A stretch of DNA of 63,179 nucleotides, counting the filler, from Intoshia linei (Eukaryota > Animalia > Orthonectida): the NCBI GenBank assembly GCA_001642005.1. It is 7 parts of 7 records of this genome, joined end to end, with 100 filler letters (N's around TTAATTAATTAA, not from the genome) between each part and the next. Parts side by side here need not be neighbours in the genome. Positions count along the whole stretch, not along the records: positions 1 to 17,082 come from LWCA01000817.1; 6 more parts are not named here. The stretch is one strand, 5' to 3'. The notes beneath the pieces are model-generated. The model did no database searches, had not been told where the DNA came from, and saw only the letters and a program-made list of their open reading frames with translations. Below, one piece after another: positions 1 to 11,800 of this stretch (positions within the stretch are counted from its first letter, which is position 1; each line of letters begins with the position of its first letter). The position numbers were made by a program, and so were the translations under genes.

Positions 1-440
1 GCAGTAACTTCAATAGTGTACTACTAGAAACTAATATATCAAACTTTATATTTCATATAGAAAATGAATTAACATAATATATTCATTCTAAAGTGAAGTG
101 AGTTTAACGATAGTTACTCTACAGTTGCTCTATCGTTACTAATACTGATAAAGTTGCGTATGATAGTTTTATGATAATAGTAAAAAGAAGAAAATTTTTT
201 AAAAATTTTTAGTGGAAGAGCTTGCCATTTTAAAAATTTTATACAAAAACTAAAATATAACTTTATTTGCTGGAATGTTATGATAAGATCCTGTAGTTAT
301 GTTTTGAGACGTCTTGTGTTGATCGTCATGTTTGGTTGTTCACTTTGCATCTTTAAATTTAATTCTATCTCGTTTACTTATTATTTTATCGATGATTAAA
401 ATCCTTACAATTTTATTATATCATATATATTTATACATAT

Positions 441-725
441 CAGGGCGAATTTAAGGGGGTGCACAAGGTGCAGTTGCACCCCCTAAATTTTTAATTAATG
501 TTGGTTAATGAATTTACAATATTTCATCCAAAACAACTGGACCTAATTGATTTAGGATTATTTAATGAACAAAATTAATTTTTTTTGCTTTTGCGAAAAA
601 ATACAAATTTGGAAACTACTGTATAACAACCTTTAAATGAAATTAAAAGACACGCTTTAAAATCAAACTAGACGCCTTGATATTAAAAGAGACGCGCCTA
701 AAAATTTTTTCGCCTTAGGCAAAGT
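441..725. mobile_element. Partial non-autonomous hAT-type element (CAGGGCG.ATT/GGTGCAGTTGCACCCC family)
   Basis: Terminus cagggcgaatttaagggggtgcac...gcacccctaaattt and the internal sequence are reverse complements of the copies at 18436-18950 and 39479-40539. Confidence 0.65.
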
Positions 726-1607
726 TAAATATATTGCTTGTGTTGTCTGAGGTCTTGTGTTGATCGTCATGTTTGGCTGTATATTATCTTTTTTACAATT
801 AATTTCTAACAAATGTATTTTTAAATTTATCGATTATTCCAATCCTTTGTATAACAATTGTATAAAGTCAATAAAATAAGCATTATCATCGAATTTTTAG
901 TGCTATAAAATGTCGACTCTACTTATGACCATATTATTCGTTAACGATGCAAGATGCGAACAGTAGCAAATCATATCATCTTCAGAAATAAAATATTTGT
1001 CTTTGAATTTATTTAAATTAACAAAATTAATTACGTCATGTCTCTGAAACATCATTTAATTTTCCAAAAATATCAGCAAGATAAGCAACATCGCATTTTA
1101 AATTAGCAAGTTTATAATATAATTCATCATTAATTTTCATAAAAAATTAGCAGAGTCGTATAAATTATAAAAACACTTGAAAAAATTTTCTTTTGAGAGC
1201 CATCTAACTTCAGTATGCATTAACAGTTTTTGAAATTCATCATCATACATGAAATAAAACAAATATAGTTACATTACTTACATGTATAATATAATTATTC
1301 AAGTATGAATTTTCATTATAATATAATGAATATATTTAAAATTTGATTAGTTTTAAAATTAGTACACGACCCTTGATTTTAATTTACAATTCTGTTCTGA
1401 TAAATTTACAATTATAATGGCTTGTATTTATAGCGTCAGTATTTTAATCCGTAAAGTGTTAGTATTTTAAATAGTTTGTCAGTAAAAATATTAAATTGTC
1501 AGTATTTTAGGTGTCAATATAAATAATTTATTGTCAGTACTTAAATTGGAAAAGCAGTAAAAAAATTATTTTGTCAATACTTTAAATAGTCTGTATAACC
1601 TTGACTA

Positions 1608-1965
1608 TCTTAACTTAATTAATATGCTACGCGATTTTTGTTTGTGTGTGTGTGTTCAGCTTTATTTAAATAACTACCCGTCTTAAATTTTTATAAAGTT
1701 TACATTTCAATTACCGTTTTTTTCCGGGGGTGTTCGCAAACTTAATTTCAACCTCCCAAACTCACATCTTATGGATCAAAAACCCAAATTGTCTTTTTTT
1801 TAAAAATCAAACAAGTTGGAGAATTTAAAAAAATATATACGTTGATACGGATTTCCAAATCATAAACATTATCATAAATTTAAATTAAAAAAATTATATC
1901 TTCATAGCCAAAGCCACAAATTACCTTTTTTTATTATGAAAACAGCCCTAGAATTTAAAAGGATA
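1608..1965 (+). mobile_element. Helitron-like non-autonomous repeat (TC-start, GT-microsatellite family)
   Basis: a|tcttaacttaattaatatgctacgc...gtttgtgtgtgt matches 44752-45365 and the minus-strand copies at 29090-29270, 50760-51094 and 51408-51554. The Helitron assignment rests on the A|TC 5' end and is inference. Confidence 0.5.
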
Positions 1966-2291
1966 TTAGATTACTGGATTTTCCCTAAAGGTAGTGTAAA
2001 TTTTGATTTTTATTAAAAATGATGCATTTGAGTATTTTTATTTAATTTTTTTGGTAGATGCCCTATATAAATCATTCGATCATTTTGAAAATTTTGAATG
2101 ATTCATTTATGAATCATTGGATGTGAAACCGATATTAAACAACTACACGACATTATTTGTGCTAGCAAATAAATAATGAAAATATTATTTCTGATTCTTG
2201 GTTGTTCTATCCATATTAGTCCCTGGCTCTATCCGGTCATGTATGCCCCAAAACGTAACGACTAATAAAAATAATTAATTATTTAATTTAG

Positions 2292-2790
2292 CTCACACTT
2301 CATGTTCACCTTCACACTTGAAATTCAATACTTCCATGAAAGCTCAGATTTTACCTTACCCTTGGCAATGTATCGAATGTAAAACTTGTTGGGTTTGTAA
2401 ATTATCAGATAATGATGTAATTTTATATTAATGACAAATTAGAGTAAGCGTCTTTAACCCTTGCCAACTATCCATTGTGACCTAGTGCTTAACCAATGAA
2501 ATTAAATGTAATCTGAAACGTGGTACCGATGTGTTGGTGGGTGTAGTTTTCCGATTTTATATACAATGATAGTTTTCTTTTATTGGAAATATATTAAAAT
2601 TTTAATTAATAATTGTTAACATATGAAAAAATGCTATTCTGTGATGGTTGTAATCTGGGTTATCACATGTATTGTCTCAATCCACCAATGAAAAACCCTC
2701 CAGATGGTAATTACTAATTATCCTATTGTTTTAATTTTATATTAAAGAAATGGATTTTTTTATTATGTTATAAAAATCAATCCAACATGA
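2292..2790 (+). pseudogene. Degenerate DPF/Requiem/PHF10-type double PHD finger gene fragment
   Basis: Exon 2292-2416 gives HTSCSPSHLKFNTSMKAQILPYPWQCIECKTCWVCKLSDND. Exon 2625-2706 gives EKMLFCDGCNLGYHMYCLNPPMKNPPD. These match the DPF signature WQCIECK...LFCDxCxxGYHMYCL. The acceptor before 2625 is AT rather than AG, and the last exon is out of frame (KWIFLLC for WxCxxC). Confidence 0.7.
2444..2568 (+). ncRNA. Candidate intronic H/ACA snoRNA
   Basis: GC-richer island in the PHD-gene intron: hairpin 1 (taagc...gctta), ANANNA-like aaatta (2499-2504), hairpin 2 (aatc.gaaac...gtttt.cgatt), and ACA at 2563-2565 followed by 3 nt. Confidence 0.3.
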
Positions 2791-2890
2791 ATTATATACA
2801 TGAATATTACAAGTGTTATGTACAATGTAGTGTACAAAATTGTAACAAATAAAATTAAAACGACATGATTGAATATTTATTAAAAAGGGT

Positions 2891-5800
2891 TTAACGTTTA
2901 GATTTCAATTTTGCATTCATTTGATCTAATTCCATGTTCCGATCTTCCAATTCATTCAACTCCCTTGCAATACGTCTGCTATTTTTTTGTTCAGTTTCTA
3001 ATGCTTCTTCAGTTTGATAGAGACGAGTTTTTATTGTTGATAATTTCGATGAGAGATTTTTCCACTAAATAAAAAAATATAAATCAAAATAATGCACAAA
3101 TTAACAGTTCGCGACACCTTAGAGCAGTGGTTCTTAACCTTTTTTGACCTATGCACATCCAAATATTGATCTTAATGACTGTGCACCCCTGATTTAAAAT
3201 CAATTAATACAATATTAATTTAAATAAAGTGTTAATTAGTTACCTAAATTAAACAGATACAATTTTAGAATTAAAGCTGATTTGGTCATAATAATGGTCG
3301 TAGAGGGCCAGCAGTAGGCCCGGGCTCGATGGAAATTATAGGCTTATAAAATTTTTTTTAAAAATATACCTCTAATAGAGGAAGAATCTAAAAAAATTTA
3401 AAAGAGGCCCTCTATATACAAAAACTACTGTATACTTTATATATATAAATATATATACAGGTTTAAGCTGTCCTTGCTATACATTATTTAATCGAACGTT
3501 CATTATCTAAAAATTAAAATAACCATTGGAAATCATTGATTATCAAAATTATGTTATACTTAAGAAATTTTTCATCAATAACTGTTAATATATTAAAAAA
3601 GTAAACCCTTATGATTGTAGACACGGGACATATGACCCTGTCTGTAATTACTTCAAACCTTTATAAAAATGATTTAATTTAACGATTAAATCATTAGTAT
3701 AATTTATTTTGTAAACTTTAAATTTAAAAGTTTAATTTGTCTAAATCAATCGTCAAGACACTGTACTCTTTCGAATAAAAATATTTTCATTACTTATAGC
3801 AATACATTTACAAATTAAATTGAATATTGGATTTACAATTTATATGTATAAATTTCACAAATTGTTTACCATAATTACGGCGTGGCAAGTGAATTAATAC
3901 TTAATTTGATGATCTAATATTTACAACTGATTACATGAGCTCAGATAGTTCAAGTTCTGCAGACACACCAACCGTGGAAATTCAAAAATTGAGCGACCGT
4001 GAAATAAAAAGTAGCGATGAAACTGAAAAAATAAAAAACGAGTTTCCAAACACTGCAGATAAATCTATCAAAGAAATGTATTTTCTAATATACAAATTTT
4101 TGTCGGATTTTTCTATTTGGTGGCCAAAGTAAATTATAGGGTCTAGTTATAGGGTTAAACTAAGGATGTCTAAAAGAAGACAATAAAATAACAATTACGT
4201 AGAATTTGGTTTTAGCTGTCGTAATGATGCAGATGAAACCGAAAAACCTCAGTGCATTTACTTTTCGGCGTCTTATGCCATAATAACATAAAGCCAAACC
4301 TCCTACGTAATCATAAAAATATAAAACACTCAAACCTCATTGACAGTGTTGAAGTTATCGCTCGAAAAAGAAGACGTTTCGATATAAGTGGAACAGTTGA
4401 CAATTTATCATTTCTTCTCAATGTAACAAAATGGTAGAGGTATAATATCATGTTGCTTACATGTTTTCTAAACAAAAAAGCATCATACCATCGGAAACGT
4501 TGATGAAACCCTGTACTCTTAACCTTGCAGAACTTCTACTTTGCGATCAACAAAAAGGGGCGCTTAAATGAATTCTTTTATAAAACAATGCGAAGATTTA
4601 GCTTACTTCTCATTTGAAAGCAACAATAACGATCCCATTAAAATGTATGAAATAAATTTGTTCAATTGTTATGCAAAAGTTTTCCGCTACTACTTAATTC
4701 GTCTATTTTCTGAGTCTTTAACATTATATTTGAGTAGTCTATTTTTAATTAATGAATTTGGTAATATGACCAGGGCTACTACATTTTCCGACATTTTTCA
4801 ATGGAAAATAGATAATATATCTACTATTGTAGAATATTGCAGTAGTACAACAGTACAATTGTACTTTACAAAGCTTTTAATGGATATGATAGTTGACACG
4901 TTTTCATTTCTATAAAGGTTTGAAGTAAGTACAGACAGTATCGTGGAGAGGGTCATATGTCCCGTGTCTACAATCATGAGGGCGTACTTTTTTAATTTAT
5001 TAATAGGTATTGATGAAAAATTTCTTAAGTATATCATAATTTCGATAATCAATGCGATTTCCAATAGTTATTTTTAATTTTTAGATAATGAACGTTCGAT
5101 TAATTAATGTATAGAGGTCCATTTTTAAAAAAAATTTATATGGGCCTATACTTTCAATCGAGCTCGGGCCTACTGCTGGCTCTCCACGACCATTATTATG
5201 ACCAAATCAGCTTTAATTCTTAAATTGTATCCGTTTAATTTAAGTAACTAGTTAACACTTTATTGGTAATTAATATTGTATTAATTGATTTTTAATCAGG
5301 GGTGCAGAGTCATTAAGATCAATATTTGGGGGTGCATAGGTTAAAAAAGGTTAAGAACCGCTACTCTAAGGTGTCGCGAACTGTAAATAAGTATATTACT
5401 TGTTGTTTCAATGAAGAAATTTCAGATTTATCGTCTTCAATGATAAGATTCAATTCTTTAGTTTTTTTTTCAGATTTTCGAAGTGATTTTTGAATGGTAT
5501 TTTTTTCACTAATTAATAATACAATATTTTAATATCAATGTCGATTTACCTGTTTTCTTTGTCATATTTATCTGACATATCTTTAAGTTTGAACTCTACT
5601 TCAACTAATTGTTGCTTTGTCTGCTTAACCAAATTATTTTGCAAATTTTCCAATTCTTCAGACAATGATTTAATTTTTTTGGTAGATTTTTCTAAATTAG
5701 ACTCTGATTCTTCCAGATCAAGAATGGTTCTTTCTAGGTTTTTATTTGCCGTGTCATACTAATGTATTTAAAAGTTAAATTTTCATACAAATGGAAAAAA

Positions 5801-8800
5801 TGTAATTACTTGATTTTTTAGTTTACTTAATCGACTTTGCATTGTTTGACCGTTTTCTTGTTCTTCCTCAAGTTCGTCTTCCAATTCAGTCAATTTTGTA
5901 GACAATTTTTTATTTTCTTCGGATAGTGCATTTCTATTTATAAATAATTTATATTATATGGAATTTTAAAATTAAGTATACTTGGCTGCCAAAATTGCAG
6001 AAGAATTTTCTTCAATTTCACTCAATTCAATTTCAATGTTTTTTCTATGTTTATTGGAATTTGTGAATTTAGATTCCAATTCATTATTCTCATCTTCCAA
6101 GGATTTAATCGTTTTTAATGATTTTTGTAATTGTTCAGTAATAGAATCATTTGACTTTTTCAATTCTTCGTTTTTAACAATGTATTGATCTCGCTCATTC
6201 TGAAAATAAACATGCAATACATTTACAAAATGTTACTGCAATTTTTTTAATTGATTTTGCAACATCATCTTTCTGTTTTTTAAGTCTATCAGTTTCATTT
6301 TCTAATTGATTTAATTTTTCTTCGGTTATGCGACGTGTATTGTTTGCATTATTAGCAATCTTTTTTTCATTTACCAAAATTTCTTCTAATTCGTTAATCT
6401 GGATATTAGTATTACTGATAAAAAGTAAATTTGATAAAAATATGTGGGTCTATAAAAACCATTTATTTAGAAAAGTGTTCGGCCCAGAAATTTGACAAAC
6501 AAAAATTCAAAGTCAGCTTTTTTACGGTGGAGAAAATAAGATAAGTTTCAAATTCAAAAATTATCACCTTCACGATTAAAACCACAAATTACCTTTTTTT
6601 TATAAAAAATCTAAATCGTAATCTTATAATTTTAAACAAAAAAAATTATAATATAGAGTTTACAATAATGATCATTCTCATTAATTGAAACCTCATAAAC
6701 TTGCATCTAAACGGTCAAAACCTTAAATTTATTTTTTAAAATTCACATAAAATAGTTATTTCCAGTTAACACACCATAAATTTCAATCTCACCATGTTAC
6801 GCCTAGACTGTGCTGCTATTTGTACAAAGTACATAAACAAGCACAGCCATATTGGAGCTTATGCAATAAAAAAAACAAATTAACCTTCCTCGTGTAAGAT
6901 TTTATTCGGTTATCAAATTCTTCGTCTTTTTCTTCAGCGTTCTTTTCGTTTTGTTGTTTTAATGCATTATAATTTACGCCAAGTCGCATTTTTGCGTCAG
7001 TCAGTAACTGTATTTCATCTTCCAAATCTTCTGCACGAGCAATTTCATTTTCCAATTCCATTTTTGATGATTGCAATTGTTTTCTTAATTCATGTTCCTA
7101 AATAATAAAATATATTTTTTTAGGTGTAATTTTATCGTTCTTTTTTAAATTTTAAAAAAAAATAAGATATTAATTTTACGAAAAAATTCAGAAAAAGCGT
7201 TTATTTCATAATTTCTTTGAAATTGTAAAAACAACGAATGAATTGGAGGCAAAATTTTAGGAAAATGCCATTTTTGGGGTAGCTATAATGTTAATATAAA
7301 TAAAATTTGCGATGTTTTATTAGACAACTTATCAAAAAAACATTTTGTGTGGTGATATTTCATCATTTATTAAAATTTTATCATGAAAAAAAGAAACTGA
7401 TGAATTTTAGGATAAATTTCAAAAAAATGTAATTTTTCCATTTGATTTGATCAATTTCCTTTGAATTGTAAATTATTAAATAAGTTGTTAATTTTAGTTA
7501 AATTTTTTTAAAGTACCATTTTTCGGGGTATTTAATTATATTTTTAAAAAAAATTAAAAATAAACAAAATAAATAATGAATTTGAGACAAAGTTTTATAA
7601 AAATACTATTTTTGAGATGTTATTTCATTATTTTTTAAAATTATTTAAAAACCAAAGTGATTTTGGGAAAAATTTCAAAAAAGTACAATTTTTGAGAAGA
7701 TTAATACATAATTTTAATAAAATTTTATAAAGAAAAAACAAGTCATGAATTTTAGCAAAAATTTCAAAAAAGTACAATTTTTGAGGAGGTATTTAATAAA
7801 TTTCATTTCATTCTATTTTTTGAGGTTATTTCATTGTTTTTTAAAATTATATAATAACCAGTTATTTTGAGTAAAATTTCAAAAAAGTACCATTTTTGAT
7901 AAGGTAATTACATCATTTTAATAGAATTTAATAAAGAACAAAAAAATTAATGAATATGACAAAAAATTTCAAAATAGAAGCATTTTTTGAAAATTATACT
8001 ATAAAAAAACAAAGGTAATGAATTTTATGAAAAATTTCATTTCAATCTATTTTTTGAGGTTATTTCATTGTTATTTAAAATTATATAATAACCAGTTATT
8101 TTGGGTAAAATTTAAAAAAAAGTACAATTTTTTCGGAAGTAACTACATTATTTTAATATAATTTTATAAGAAATAAAAAAAATGATTAATATGACGAAAA
8201 ATTTCAAAATAGAACCATTTTTGAAGGTTACTTCATAATTTTTTGAAAATTATATAATAAAAATAAAACAAGTAATGTGATGAATTTTAAGAAAAATTTC
8301 ATTATTTTTAAAAAATTATATAAAAAAAGTGATGAATTTTGGAAAAAATTACAAAAAAAGTAATTTTTAGGCACAATTGCATCGTTTTAGTAAAACTCGT
8401 TTTACTAACTTACTATAAGTTATAGAATTTTACTAAAACGAAATATAGACTATAACGAAAAAACGAAAGTGATGCATTTTAAAAAATATTAAAAAAACAA
8501 CATTTTAGATGGGTAATCTCCATTTATTATTAAATCATTTTTTAATTTTTAATAATAAAAAAAAATATAATTTCAATTTTAATCTAACCAAGTGATGAAT
8601 TTCAAAAAAATACTATATCTTTGTATCAATTTCATCCTTTTTTGCAAATATTATAAAAAATACAACGTTCTTTTCATTCAGTAAATTTATATGAACTAAT
8701 TTTAAAACAAAATATTCCAAAATTCAATTTTTGAAAGTACATGTGTTTTTTTGTTTTAAAAAATTAAATAATTTTACTATAAAATAAATGCTGTAGTTAC

Positions 8801-11800
8801 GCCTCTAATATGTACTGTGTACAAAGTTTTCCTAAAATTAATCGCTTTTTTTAAATATATTTAATTTTAAAAAATACTAAAATACCTTAACAAAATTAGC
8901 ATTTTTATAAAATTATGTATCAAATCCACCGTTTATTTTTTCCAATTTCATAATTGAAATAGAATTTGATGAAATAACCGCCGAAATATGGAGTTTTCTC
9001 AAAATTGATCACTACTTAAATTTACTTAAATAAACTTAAAGTAGTGTTTTTGTTATTAAATTTGAACCAATTAAAACATGATAGTTTAACATGTATCAGT
9101 TAATTCTAAGAAAATACATTTCAATCAAATTTTTTTCTAATTTTTATTTAAATCTTAATAAATGAAATGATCCCTACTTTTTAATTCAAATAACATTTCA
9201 AAATTATTTAAAAGTGTTTGAATAATACATTTTTTCCACTGCTATTTTGATTTGCCAGTAATCCATCAATTTCAATTTGATTTTGCTTTATTTGAGAAGA
9301 TAACGAAGTCAACTTTTCTTCAGATTCTAAATTTTAACATTAAAAACAACCGGATAAATTTAAATTGCATATCATACCAGCAAGTAATTTATTATTATTC
9401 AAAAGTTTCGTTTCTTTAGCTCTATTATCTTTTTCCAATTGTTCCTTTTCTTCCAAAAGTCTAAATCAATGTTTAAAAATCGAAAAGTAAAATTGAAAAT
9501 AAAACTTACTTTTCGCATTTAATTTTTAGTTCATTGGTTTGTGAATCAAACTTTTTCTGAAGTCTATTGAGTTTGGAGTTATCTTCACGAAAGAGTTGAA
9601 TTTCTTGTTCTTTATCTTCAAACTAAATTAATAATTTTATTTCAAAGTTTCAAAATTCAATATGAAAGATGGTTAAATTACATTATTATGATAATAAAAA
9701 TAAAACCTGAGATTCAATATGTTTTTTAGCCTTCTTGACTTTTTCGATATCAGCTTTCAATAATAATTTATCTTCATTTAAAATTGCAATATTTTTCAGT
9801 TGTTTTCTCTGATTTTCATCCATTTCTTCAATCAGTTCTGTATTCTTTTCGTTTTCTTCAGTCAATTTTTTCATCTACAATGTATGTTAACGTGTAGTAT
9901 AATATGTATTTATTAATAAAAAAATAGTCTCCAATTTACCGATACTTGGAATTGTTCAATTTTAGATTTAAGCAATTTAATGTTATCAGATTCAGCATCC
10001 AGCATTTCAGTACTAGATGTTAAATTCATGTTTGCATCTCTTAAATCTTTTTCGATGGCTTGTTTTGATTTTACTTCCGCTTCCAATTTATCTTCCAATT
10101 CATCAATGGTACTCTTTTGTTCACGGTTGATTTTTTCCAAGTTTTGGTTCATTGTTTGTAATTCATCTATTTTAACATTGGCTTTATCCAAATTTTCCTA
10201 AAAATTTAATATTCAAGTTATCATGTCTAAATTATGTTTAAATAATTCCATTACAATTGTTTTAGCCAAAGTGGTTTTAACTGAATCGACATCACGGGAT
10301 AAATCTTCAATTTTATTTTTAGATTCTTGTAATTGACTTTCAATGTTGCGTCTGTTTTTATCTGAATCTCCTTTACTCTTTTTAGTGTTATCCAAATCAA
10401 TTCTAAACTCTTCGCATTCATTATAAACTAATTTATATTTTTTTTCCAATTCAGTATTAGCCTACAATTTTAATTAAAAGTTTAAAGTTTATAACGATAG
10501 TACTTTTTTCAATTTTTGATTTTCATCATTTGATTCATTTAATTGTCCATTATATTTAGATTTCAAGTTACTTAGATGGGATTCATATTCCTTCTTCTCA
10601 GATTCATTGCATTCAATCAATCTAGCAATTTCATTGTCCTTTTGATTGCTAATCTTAGTCTGAGCGTCTACGGACCCACTCGTATCCTCCAACACGGATT
10701 TTAATCCTTCCAATTCCTTAATATTATTGAATTTAACAATTATGATATTTGACAATTTAACCATTTGTAGCTTATTACAATTTACAAATTGATAATAAAA
10801 ATAATGATACAAATGTTTTTACACTACAAACATTATACATTAATAATTTTACCTCTAATAAATTTTTGCATTTTCCTTCGACCCGTTTTCTCAAAGTTCT
10901 TTCAGTATCAAAATCATCCAAAATTTCAGAATTTTCACGTTCCTTGTCAGCCAATTTGTTATTAGCGTCAAACAAAACCTTTGATTCGTCTTCAATTCTA
11001 TAGAAAAATATTCACACTTTAAATTTGAATTTAATATTTTTAACAAAGGGCCCAAATTAACCTATAAAGAAATCTATTTGGGTTGAATTATAACATTTAT
11101 CATTGTAATGTTTATAATTATAGATAGGAACCATTTCATACCTAACCAGCATTCCAATAATATAAATTGATAAGGCAATGGTAAATTAAAAATATATATG
11201 AATAATTTTATATTTACCCGTGTAACAATATTAAACTTATATATTTTTATATAAACTTTATGAGACACGTTATAATAAAATTTCTTGAAATGTAAAATTG
11301 AAATTGAAATTTACTAAATTGATATTAAAAACTATCAAATTCAAAAATTGAAAATAGCGAATGACATTTATTAAATTAAGGTCACACATTCCCTACACAT
11401 ATACCATACCAAATAAATTATTTGTAAATAGAATAAAATGGTGCTTTTTATAAATATATGCATATATTTGTAAGAAACCCGATTATAAAATTTTTTGTCA
11501 AATTTGTTAATTACTTTGTGTTCAATTGTTTAATTTCTTGTTTGAGTCTATCGTTTGTACTATTGGCAATTCTAAGTTCTTCTTCACATTTTTCTAATTG
11601 TATTTTCAATGCCTTAATTTCATTCTCCAATTTTTTCAATTTGGTTTCATAATCTTTTCTTAACTAATCAAAATTTAACAATGTAGTTAACATATACCAT
11701 AATTGTACTGTAATTTTTGTAAATTTATTAACAGTAGATTCACTGTTACGTACTTTATGCAAACAGTAGCAACTCTGCTGTGGGAGGATTTACGTGTTAT

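Larger units (their letters stand above)
3105..5383. mobile_element. Foldback-like element with ~480-570 bp inverted arms in the last myosin intron
   Basis: 3105-3672 is the reverse complement of 4904-5383 (cagttcgcgacaccttagagcagtggttcttaacc... / ...ggttaagaaccgctactctaaggtgtcgcgaactg). Confidence 0.9.

Noticed and set aside
306-850. ~100-bp direct repeat (gtcttgtgttgatcgtcatgtttgg...) flanking a MITE fragment, considered as LTRs
   Set aside because: No TG...CA ends, PBS/PPT or TSD; more likely a local tandem duplication.
7140-8660. Repeat array considered as CRISPR-like
   Set aside because: Eukaryotic intron; units are degenerate and contiguous, with no unique spacers and no cas genes.
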